Source of the DNA: a virus
Length of the DNA: 64,000 nt
Direction: 5' to 3' (one strand)
IMG/VR virus record: IMGVR_UViG_3300037116_000097
Part shown: piece after piece, positions 42,558 through 50,377 of the stretch
How positions within the stretch are numbered: position 1 is the first letter of the stretch
Layout of the letters: the number at the start of each line of letters is the position of its first letter
Program-made: the position numbers and the translations under genes
The notes under the pieces: generated by a model
Databases searched by the model: none
What the model was told of the DNA's origin: nothing
The model's input: only the letters and a program-made list of their open reading frames with translations

Positions 42558-45500
42558 TCAGTGCAGGCGGCCGGGGAGATACCCCTGCGTGCCGGAATTG
42601 CGGAAATTCTTCCGCAGGCCCGAGCCCTGCGCGGCGCGGGCAAGCTGCTGATCAGAGAGCACTGACCCGGCGATGTGCTGGTGGACGATCATCACCGAGT
42701 TGCCGGCGCCGCCCTGGCCGCCCTGGTAGTGCCGGCCGCCGCCGCCGGGAATCGAGCCGCTGGTCACGAAGTCCGTGGTGATGGTGTACGTCGCGCTGTG
42801 CAGCTTGGCCTGCGCCGCCGCCAGGGCGCTGACGTGCCCGGCGGCCGTCACCGCTTTCTTGCCGGCCTCGGCGTACGCAGCCGCTGCCTTTGCCTCCCAG
42901 TAGGCGGCGTCATGCCCCGTGGTGTTGTTCTTGCTCATGGCCTTGGTGAGGTTGTTGATGTCGGTGTAGAACCCTGACGATTTCAGCGCGGCGCTGGAGA
43001 TCGCCGAGGTCACCTGGGAACTCATCACGTCAGCCGTGTTCTGCGCCATCTTCGACAGGTTCGCCAGTGCCCCGGACGTCGTGGCCGTGATGCTGTTGAG
43101 CCCGTCAAGGGAGGCGTGGCTTTTCTTGATCGCGTCCTCAAGCTGCGGGAACGTATTGACGTTCAGGCCCTGCGCCTTCGCGAACGCGACCAGGTCAGAC
43201 TGCCCCTGCTTGCTCTTAGCGGCGAACTTCACCATCCCGGCTGCCATGTCCAGGAACGCCTGCTGCATCTTCCCGCTGGTGATGGCGCCCTCGGCGCCGG
43301 CCGTGCGGAACCAGTCCGCAAGCTGCGGCATGGTGGAGCCGACGATCTGCGTGAAGTTCGTCCACGCCCCGGCGCCCTTCACGGTGCCCTTCCCGAGTTC
43401 ATCCGCGAACTGCTTCACGCTCAGGGTCATGCTCTTGGTGGACGTACCCAGGTTGTTGGTGGTGGTGCCGGCGACCTGGCCGATGTTCTTGATGCTGGTC
43501 ACGAACCCGGCGACCCCGGACTGGCCGCCGGTAACGCCGGCCATGAACGCATCCAGCGCCTGGTTGACCTGCGACACCTTCGTGTCCGCGATCCCTGACT
43601 GGATGGCGAGCGCTTCCATGTCGGCGTTGACCGAGCCGGCCGGGCCGCCCATCTGGGCCATCCCGGTTTTCAGGTTGAGCAGCTGCTGCGCCTGCCGCTT
43701 GATCGCGTTTGTCAGCAGGGGAACCGACGTGCCGGCCGCCGCGGCGGCAGCGAAGCTTATGCCGTGCACCCCGTTGACGTAGTTCTTGGCGGTCTGCTCG
43801 GAGGTACTGAGTGCGTGGGTAAGCTTCAGGATGCCGCCGGACAGGTTCTCCAGGGTAGGCGGCGCGCTCTCCACCGACTTGATGAGGTTCTGCTGCGCGC
43901 TGGCGGCCCGGTGAGTCGCCAGGTACCAGGCGCCGAGACCGAGGACAAGCGCGCCGATGGCGATGCCAACGGGCCCCATCAATGTCGCTATGAGGGGGGT
44001 CAGGATGCCCTCCAGGAACGTCATGGCCCCGGCGAGGATGCCGAACTCCGCTGCCGTCGCCACCGCCTCGATGCCGAGCGCGGCGAGATACTTGATCGCA
44101 TTCACGATCGCCGTCCCGCCGAGCCAGTTGAAGATGGTGACGGCCAGTTTCCCGTACCGGTACAGCGCCGACAGCGCGGCGGCGACGCCGATGATCCACG
44201 ACGCGATCTTGTTGCTGGTGATCGCGAGGATCCCGCGCGAGATCGCGACCAGGACGTCCAGCAGGATCTGCCCGACACCCAGCATCGCCGCGGACACGTT
44301 CAGGATCGAGTGGCCGAGGTTCCCGAGAACCTGCCCCCACTGGATCATGTACTTGACGGCGTTCTGGAAGAAGCCGGCTAGCTGCTGGCCCGCCGGGCCG
44401 GCCAGGTCAGACGTGATCTTCGACGCGAACGAGGCGAGGGCATTCCCGGCGCCCTGCGCCATCTTCGAGAAGACCCCGACCTTCCCGGACAGGTCGTTGA
44501 TGAGGCTGCCGAAGATCTGGTAGGCGGCCGGGGCCATCGCCTTCGTCAGCGTTCCGAACCCGAGGCCGATCGTGTGCAGCGGCCCGACCGAGTGCAGCAG
44601 GGCCTGCCTGACGCCGCCCGAGGCGATGACCAGGTCGCTCATCCTCGCGCCGATGGTGTCGAATGTCGAGGCCATCCCGGCAATCCCGGCGCCGAACGCG
44701 ACAAGCGCGGGCAGCGCCGTGGAGACGATCTCCAGCGTCCCCATGATCAGCCAGTGGATGGCCTGCCCGGTCAGCCGTATCCCGGTGCCCCACAGGCGCA
44801 TGCCGCCGCCGGCAGCCGCCGCGGCCCGCGCGCCGGCGGCATCCGATGCCTTCCCCAGCGCGCCCGTGGCGAGAGCGGCCCCCAGGGTCGCGTTCCGCAG
44901 GTTGTGCATGGCCCCGGTGCCTGCTTCCGCGGCACCGGCATCGTCGTCCAGCGCCCTGGCCATCCGGTCGAACTGCCCGTCGGCGTACGCCGCGAGCGCC
45001 GCCGCCTTCCCGATCGAATCCCGCCAGTCATTCATCGCGGATGCAGCCGTAGTGGCAGCCGTATTGGCCGCCAGTGACGCCGCGACAATGTGCCGTTGCA
45101 GCAGGTCAGCCGTGGCAGCCGCTTCCGCCTCGGCGTTCCGCAGGTCATTGATCCCGGTCGCGGCACCACGCGACTGGGCGCCGATCGCGTCTATGGCCGC
45201 AGCGGCGTTGTCCAGGCGCTCCCGCGCCTCCAGGGCGAAGCGGGACATCATCTCGAAGTCGCCGCCGAGTTCCCCCACGGCATCCCCGGCGATATTGGTC
45301 TCGTGCGCCATCGCCTCCGCGCCGAGCGCGGCGCCCGCCATCGCGTGGCCGGCTGCCTCGGATTCCCTGGCAAGGGACTCATCCGCCCCGGCCGCCCCTG
45401 CCGCCGCGTTGCGGACGTCGTTGATCCGGCCCGCCGCCGCCGCGGCAGGGCCGGCCATGTCCGTCATCACGTCATCGAGGCGGACAATCGACTCGGCCAG

Positions 45501-45617
45501 GGTGTCATTAGCCTTGGCTGCCTCCAGGGCAGCCGTGCGCATGTCGCGGACCGGGCCGAGGTATTTGTCCGCTTCTGCCAGGAATGTCGCAACAACCGGG
45601 TCCAGGTAATCGGCCAT
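42558..45617 (-). CDS. tape measure protein (1019 aa)
   Basis: Size, Ala-rich helical N-part, central multi-TM/hydrophobic block, position after chaperone genes. Confidence 0.85.
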   Translation of the reverse strand: MADYLDPVVATFLAEADKYLGPVRDMRTAALEAAKANDTLAESIVRLDDVMTDMAGPAAAAAGRINDVRNAAAGAAGADESLARESEAAGHAMAGAALGAEAMAHETNIAGDAVGELGGDFEMMSRFALEARERLDNAAAAIDAIGAQSRGAATGINDLRNAEAEAAATADLLQRHIVAASLAANTAATTAASAMNDWRDSIGKAAALAAYADGQFDRMARALDDDAGAAEAGTGAMHNLRNATLGAALATGALGKASDAAGARAAAAAGGGMRLWGTGIRLTGQAIHWLIMGTLEIVSTALPALVAFGAGIAGMASTFDTIGARMSDLVIASGGVRQALLHSVGPLHTIGLGFGTLTKAMAPAAYQIFGSLINDLSGKVGVFSKMAQGAGNALASFASKITSDLAGPAGQQLAGFFQNAVKYMIQWGQVLGNLGHSILNVSAAMLGVGQILLDVLVAISRGILAITSNKIASWIIGVAAALSALYRYGKLAVTIFNWLGGTAIVNAIKYLAALGIEAVATAAEFGILAGAMTFLEGILTPLIATLMGPVGIAIGALVLGLGAWYLATHRAASAQQNLIKSVESAPPTLENLSGGILKLTHALSTSEQTAKNYVNGVHGISFAAAAAAGTSVPLLTNAIKRQAQQLLNLKTGMAQMGGPAGSVNADMEALAIQSGIADTKVSQVNQALDAFMAGVTGGQSGVAGFVTSIKNIGQVAGTTTNNLGTSTKSMTLSVKQFADELGKGTVKGAGAWTNFTQIVGSTMPQLADWFRTAGAEGAITSGKMQQAFLDMAAGMVKFAAKSKQGQSDLVAFAKAQGLNVNTFPQLEDAIKKSHASLDGLNSITATTSGALANLSKMAQNTADVMSSQVTSAISSAALKSSGFYTDINNLTKAMSKNNTTGHDAAYWEAKAAAAYAEAGKKAVTAAGHVSALAAAQAKLHSATYTITTDFVTSGSIPGGGGRHYQGGQGGAGNSVMIVHQHIAGSVLSDQQLARAAQGSGLRKNFRNSGTQGYLPGRLH

Positions 45618-45623
45618 AACGCC

Positions 45624-46028
45624 CTAAACCGCCGCTCGCAGCGCGGCGCCGAAGCCCTCGGCCGCCGCTTCCGTCAGCGTCCCGTCACCTGCCAGCTTGC
45701 TCAGTGTCGGCTGGAGGTAGGGACGGGGAGGCAGGGCGTGACCAGTGCTGTGATGCCAGATCCCGGGCGGCTGCTGCCAGTGCATCATCGGGTGACCCGG
45801 CATCCACCCGCCCAGTTCCTGTATCCGCCCGTACCGGGTCGTGGGACCAGACCGGGAACGCCACGTCTCCGGCGCTATCTCGATCGCCGCGTCATTCAGC
45901 ATCGACCCCGCCAGCGCCCCGGAGATCGCCGCGGGCGGCGTCTCAGGCTGCGAGGGGGTCTGCGTCGAGAAAGCGTGACTGCGGGCCAGCAGGACGCTCT
46001 GGACCGCCGGCTTGAAGACATCCGCCAT
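45624..46028 (-). CDS. HK97 gp10-like tail component (tentative)
   Basis: GRIQELGG..., ALPPRPYLQPTL resembles the ..A.PFLRPA.. motif; unusual position between GT and tape measure. Confidence 0.4.
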   Translation of the reverse strand: MADVFKPAVQSVLLARSHAFSTQTPSQPETPPAAISGALAGSMLNDAAIEIAPETWRSRSGPTTRYGRIQELGGWMPGHPMMHWQQPPGIWHHSTGHALPPRPYLQPTLSKLAGDGTLTEAAAEGFGAALRAAV

Positions 46029-46133
46029 CGCATTTGCCGCAGCTTCCGCGCCGGGATTCGCGGCACCCTCAAGCCTGCCGATCGCCGCGACGTGCTCCGC
46101 GAAGGTGGCTATGCGCTCACCGCCTCACGCTGC

Positions 46134-46708
46134 TTAGTGCTTGTTCCCCGGCCGGTCAGGGTCCTGCATCGCGCTCAGGCACTCCCACAAAGTGGGCAGA
46201 TATCTCCAGTGACGCAAGGGAATCGACCGGATCACGTCAGGAGTCCAGTTCTGGTTCCTCGCGTACAGGGCGATGCACCGCACGTCCCAGGAGTCCAGGT
46301 CGGACGGCAGCGGCCCCTCCTTGCCCTGCAGGAGCGCTAGGAGGCGGTATCTGTCTCGCCAGCGCTCAGGTCGTTTGGGTCGTTCGCCAGCTCCTCCATG
46401 TGCGGCCTGATCGCGGCCCGGAGCGGGCGCAGCTGCGACAGTTTCAGCGCCCTGATGTTCAGCACGTTGACGGGCTGCGGCAGGGACCAGGACGTGATGA
46501 CGCGGGCCAGCATCGCGTACTCCATCAGCGTCGTCCCGGCCGCCGTGGCGGTGAAGCCCTCGGACTTCTCCCCGCCGTCATCCTCCCCGGCGCCCCTGAT
46601 CTTGACCGCTGACCGGACCTTGACCTCGTCCTCGCCGGTGAGGCTGTCCGGATCGCGGACCTCTGCCCAGTTCTCGCCGTCCAATGGCACTCGTGTGGTC
46701 ACATGCAT
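46134..46708 (-). CDS. tail assembly chaperone G-T fusion via -1 frameshift
   Basis: -1 frame open from slippery site to TAA 46136-46134, GC3-rich (..LLALLQGKEGPLPSDLDSWDVRCIALYARNQNW..). Confidence 0.65.
46337..46708 (-). CDS. tail assembly chaperone (G-like)
   Basis: 123 aa, acidic, directly after major tail gene; GGGAG RBS. Confidence 0.7.
   Translation of the reverse strand: MHVTTRVPLDGENWAEVRDPDSLTGEDEVKVRSAVKIRGAGEDDGGEKSEGFTATAAGTTLMEYAMLARVITSWSLPQPVNVLNIRALKLSQLRPLRAAIRPHMEELANDPNDLSAGETDTAS
46373..46379 (-). promoter_or_regulatory. -1 programmed ribosomal frameshift slippery heptamer C_CCA_AAC
   Basis: X_XXY_YYZ in the G frame (ga C CCA AAC), 12 codons before G stop. Confidence 0.65.
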
Positions 46709-46728
46709 CTCCCGTTGTCCGGTTTGTG

Positions 46729-48003
46729 TCAGTATGTCGGCGTGTTATTGGTGAGAGTGAGCTGAAGTGGGCTGTATCCAGCACTATTGCCCGTATTTGT
46801 GGTGTTCCCCACCAGCTCCATCCCCGCGTTGTAGCCGAGCAAAGCCTTACTTGGCTCGATGACGGCGGTTTCCCACGCGGTGACGGCGCTGTCGATCTGG
46901 AGCTTGATCAGGTTCGTGCTGGCCAGCCCGTTGGTGGCAATCGCCTGCGTCTGCGGCTGGGTGTTGTTGAGCAAATTCAGGAGAGGATAGTCGCCGGTCG
47001 TCGCTCCGCTGGCGGCCTGCTGCGCTGCGGGTGCAAAGTTATATTTTGCGGTACTTGTGCATTTTCCGCGCCCGAAAACGTACGGATTCTGACTTCCGTC
47101 CGCCGTCCAGTAGGGCTCGACCACGCGGGTAATGACGTACTCCCAGGTGCCGACGTTATACACCGGCGAGCCGGCCACGGTGCCGCCGATGCCGACCTGG
47201 GAGTTCCACGCGGGCTGCTGAGCCACGGTGGACACGTTCACCGTGGGGATAGTGCCGGGGATGGCGTTCGCGAACCCCATCGCCTTGCCGGACCACATGA
47301 GGATTCCGTCGGCGTTGCCGGTGATGGTCACCTCGGAAAAACACGAATACGGGTACCAGCGGGCAAGAACCGTGTTGATATAGTCATTATCGGTCAGAGT
47401 GTGCGTGGGCGGCTGGCAGTTCCCGGTGCCGTTCAGCAGCGAGAACACATGCGTGTACGGCCCGGTGACCTGCGTGACCGGCGCGGCGTTGGCGTGCACC
47501 AGCCGCGTCGGCGTGGTGGTGGCGATGGTCGCCGAGGTCGCCGTGGCCCCGGTGATCTGCACGATCTCGGACGTGGTGGTCGTCCCGATCTGCACGTACC
47601 CGGCACCGAACCCGCTGCCCGCCGTGATCGTGATCGCGCCCGTCGTCCCCACCGGGTAGCCGGGCGCGTTGTTGACCGTGGTCGTGATCGTCCCGGACTG
47701 GACGCCCTGCGCGGTGTAGTCGCCTAGGACGTTGAGAAGTGCGTGACCGAATGTGTCCCCGTAGATCGGGGATGCGTCGATCGTGATGTCCGCGACGTAA
47801 ACACCCTGCGTGTAACCATAGTTTCCCGCCATGGAGGAACGCAGGGATTCGTCCAGCAGCCCCGTGACCTTGTTCTCCGGGACGTAGCCCTTGACGGGGA
47901 TGGTGTACGCCGGCGCCACGCCCGTGCCCGGCACGGCTTCCTTGGCGATGGCCAGCGACCGGCGCTCCGCCGGGTAGATGGCGCTGGGAACGGTGAGTGC
48001 CAT
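46729..48003 (-). CDS. major tail protein (424 aa)
   Basis: Position immediately upstream of chaperone pair; beta-rich Thr/Gly/Asn composition. Confidence 0.65.
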   Translation of the reverse strand: MALTVPSAIYPAERRSLAIAKEAVPGTGVAPAYTIPVKGYVPENKVTGLLDESLRSSMAGNYGYTQGVYVADITIDASPIYGDTFGHALLNVLGDYTAQGVQSGTITTTVNNAPGYPVGTTGAITITAGSGFGAGYVQIGTTTTSEIVQITGATATSATIATTTPTRLVHANAAPVTQVTGPYTHVFSLLNGTGNCQPPTHTLTDNDYINTVLARWYPYSCFSEVTITGNADGILMWSGKAMGFANAIPGTIPTVNVSTVAQQPAWNSQVGIGGTVAGSPVYNVGTWEYVITRVVEPYWTADGSQNPYVFGRGKCTSTAKYNFAPAAQQAASGATTGDYPLLNLLNNTQPQTQAIATNGLASTNLIKLQIDSAVTAWETAVIEPSKALLGYNAGMELVGNTTNTGNSAGYSPLQLTLTNNTPTY

Positions 48004-48006
48004 GCC

Positions 48007-48273
48007 TCAGCCCTCCGCCTTCTCTGCGGCACCAGCCGCTGCCGGTGCCGGCGCGGGGACCGCAGCCGGGGTCTTCACGGACGCGGCGGGAGGGGATGCC
48101 GCGGCCTGCCACCACCACGACGGGCCGGGCGGTTCCTCGTAGCCCGCGTTTTCCTCGCCGCCGAAGTCGTAGGACTCGCCGGGGCGCAGCACGAGGGTGC
48201 CGGGCTCCCCGTCGAGCGCCCGCAAGTGCGGAAAAACCTGCTCGGACGGCCCCACGTAGATCTGACTGGCCAT
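48007..48273 (-). CDS. hypothetical protein (88 aa), Pro/Ala-rich C-terminus
   Basis: CCGGAGGTGC-ATG RBS; coupled to major tail gene. Confidence 0.5.
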   Translation of the reverse strand: MASQIYVGPSEQVFPHLRALDGEPGTLVLRPGESYDFGGEENAGYEEPPGPSWWWQAAASPPAASVKTPAAVPAPAPAAAGAAEKAEG

Positions 48274-48332
48274 GCACCTCCGGGTGATGGTTGGTGATGT
48301 GGTACCGTGGCAGCATGGTTGATAGCCACGCG

Positions 48333-48473
48333 ATGACGATCCGGCTGCCAGGGCCGGTCTATGAGGCCCTGCGCCGTGAGGCGTTCGACCGGCGCGTGCC
48401 GATGACCGAGATCATCACCGAAGCGCTCCAGGCGCACATGGATGACTACTTCTCGAAGCATCCGAAGGCGTAG
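48333..48473 (+). CDS. ribbon-helix-helix (CopG-like) protein (46 aa from ATG 48333)
   Basis: MTIRLPGPVYEALRREAFDRRVPMTEIITEALQAHM; track ORF starts at GTG 48291. Confidence 0.5.
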   Translation: MTIRLPGPVYEALRREAFDRRVPMTEIITEALQAHMDDYFSKHPKA

Positions 48474-48478
48474 CGCCC

Positions 48479-49678
48479 ATGTCCCGCTACCGGCTGACTC
48501 CGACGCCTGCGCAGGAAGCCGTGATGCGGGAGCATTGCGCCCATGCGCGGTTCGTTTGGAACCTCGGCCATGAGCAGCGGCTGATGTACCGCGCCGGTCG
48601 CGGTCGCACTCCCAGCTACCTGGAGCAAAGTCGGCAGCTAGCAGAGGCTCGCGCCGCTGAACCGTGGCTTGCGGCCGGGGCGCATGTGGTTCAGCAGCAG
48701 GCACTGAGAGATCTCGATGAGGCTTGGCGGTACTTCTTTTCCGGAAAACACCGCAAGCCGACTTGGCGGAAGGCATTCCGCAAGGAAGGTTTCCGCATTA
48801 CCGGCAAGCTAGGCCGGGACTGGAAGCTTCGGCGCCTGTCAAAGCATGTTGGTGAGGTGTGGATCACCAAGATCGGCTGGGTGCGCTTCCGCTGGTCGCG
48901 CGCCGTGCCGCCGGCTAAATCGTTCCGGGTCACGGTTGATGGCGCTGGGCGTTGGCACATTGGATTCGCCGCGTGGCCCGCCCCGGCAACACCCGGTCCG
49001 GGAATCGGCGAGGTCGTCGGCATTGACCGGGGCATTGCGGTCTCGGCTGCCCTGTCCACTGGCGAGATGCTGCACTGCCCCGGTCTGAGCGAAACTGAGC
49101 GTGCGCGCATCCTGCGGCTGGAACGCAAGTCCGCCCGTCAGCGCATTCGCGGACAGCCCGCATCTAGCCGGCTTGATCGCACCTACCGGGCCGTCGCTAA
49201 GCTGCGAGCGCGCGCGACAGATCGACGCAAAGACTGGGTGGAAAAGGTTTCCACGGACATCGCGCGCAGGTTCGACGTGATCCGGGTAGAAGATCTCAAG
49301 GTCAGGCATTTGACGCGCTCGGCAAGGGGATCCGCCGCTAGGCCAGGGCGTAATGTCCGCCAGAAATCTGTCGTAAACAGGGCCATACTCTCAAGCGGGT
49401 GGGCACCCCTGGTCTGTCGGCTTGAGGACAAGGCACCCGGCCGGGCGCAGAAGATCAACCCGCGCTACACATCCCAGCGGTGCTCGGAGTGCGGGCGCAT
49501 CGCAGCTGAGAACCGCAAGAGCCAAGCGGTTTTCGCCTGCGTGGCCTGCACTTATACCGGCAACGCTGACGTGAACGCGGCCAAGAACATCGCGGCAGGG
49601 CATGCCGTGACTGCGCGGGGAGGTCCCCAGTTGGGGCCGCTGAACCGCGAACCTCAGCTTGCGCTTCTATCTGCGTAG
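48479..49678 (+). CDS. tnpB: TnpB (IS605 OrfB) RNA-guided endonuclease family protein
   Basis: RuvC triad candidates GIDRG, IRVEDL, NADVNAAKNI; zinc finger CSECG...CVAC; typical N-terminus YRLTPT..Q. Confidence 0.85.
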   Translation: MSRYRLTPTPAQEAVMREHCAHARFVWNLGHEQRLMYRAGRGRTPSYLEQSRQLAEARAAEPWLAAGAHVVQQQALRDLDEAWRYFFSGKHRKPTWRKAFRKEGFRITGKLGRDWKLRRLSKHVGEVWITKIGWVRFRWSRAVPPAKSFRVTVDGAGRWHIGFAAWPAPATPGPGIGEVVGIDRGIAVSAALSTGEMLHCPGLSETERARILRLERKSARQRIRGQPASSRLDRTYRAVAKLRARATDRRKDWVEKVSTDIARRFDVIRVEDLKVRHLTRSARGSAARPGRNVRQKSVVNRAILSSGWAPLVCRLEDKAPGRAQKINPRYTSQRCSECGRIAAENRKSQAVFACVACTYTGNADVNAAKNIAAGHAVTARGGPQLGPLNREPQLALLSA

Positions 49679-49739
49679 GCTGGAATCCTCGCCCTTTCGG
49701 ACGGGGAGGATGTCAAGACGGCGTCAACGATGAAGGCGC

Positions 49740-50252
49740 CTAAGCCTGGAAATCCTCAAGGATCCGCGCTGCGATCCGCGCATCATAACGGAGTATGCGC
49801 TGATCAGCGTTCACACCCCTCGGCACGGCTACATCGTAGCTCAGGCGCTCTCCTGTGCCGTAGATCTGGCTGTAGCGGCCCGTCACGGGATCTGAAAGCA
49901 TCACCGGATCCTGGCAACTTCGCAGTACATCCAAGATCGCATCCACGATCACCGGGAACGAGGCATCAGGAGTCGGGTCGCTGTCGTCCTGGAACCAGAC
50001 CGTCCAGATATCTAGCTGGTGCGTCATCGTCTTCCACCCGGACTGCGTAGTGCCCAGGTTGGGCACGGGCGCTCGCGGGAGAGACTGACGGCCTTCCGAC
50101 CCCGTGGACGGCCAGACGTAGACGTGGGGGTCGAGCTGGTCTTCTTCCGGGTTCGGCGGGGTGACGAAGACCTCGAGCGGCGTGGCGTTGCCGGGGATCG
50201 GCATCCCGTTCAGGATGCTGTAGACCCAGGTCTGGGCTGTGAGGATGGGCAC
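49740..50252 (-). CDS. head-tail joining / tail completion protein (170 aa), tentative
   Basis: Position between adaptor and tail genes; GTG start. Confidence 0.45.
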   Translation of the reverse strand: MPILTAQTWVYSILNGMPIPGNATPLEVFVTPPNPEEDQLDPHVYVWPSTGSEGRQSLPRAPVPNLGTTQSGWKTMTHQLDIWTVWFQDDSDPTPDASFPVIVDAILDVLRSCQDPVMLSDPVTGRYSQIYGTGERLSYDVAVPRGVNADQRILRYDARIAARILEDFQA

Positions 50253-50286
50253 GCATCACCGCCCGCATCCGGGGTAAGCTTGACCT

Positions 50287-50360
50287 TGCGGGGTGGCGCA
50301 GTTCGGTAGCGCGGCGGGCTCATAACCCGCAGGTCGCGGGTTCAAATCCCGTCTCCGCAT
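50287..50360 (+). tRNA. tRNA with CAU anticodon (Met; initiator-like stem, or Ile2)
   Basis: Manual cloverleaf: acceptor TGCGGGG/CTCCGCA, D GCGC/GCGC, anticodon stem GCGGG/CCCGC, loop CTCATAA, T stem GCGGG/CCCGT, loop TTCAAAT; no encoded CCA. Confidence 0.85.
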
Positions 50361-50377
50361 CTAAAGGGCGAGCCGCC

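Larger units (their letters stand above)
48274..49739 (+). mobile_element. IS1341/IS605-type tnpB-only element (ends not defined)
   Basis: RHH + tnpB on opposite strand fill the whole gap between two structural genes; hairpin 49685-49711 and TCAA at 49713/49724 after tnpB. Confidence 0.5.

Noticed and set aside
44572-46340. Plus-strand ORFs of 345 and 416 aa
   Set aside because: They are antisense to the tape measure, gp10-like and chaperone genes. They have low-complexity Ala/Arg/Ser/Pro composition and no RBS.
50270-50377. tRNA as a prophage attachment boundary (attL/attR)
   Set aside because: Phage head-tail genes continue on both sides with normal spacing, the tRNA is complete, and the integrase lies 21 kb away. 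I interpret it as a phage-encoded tRNA.
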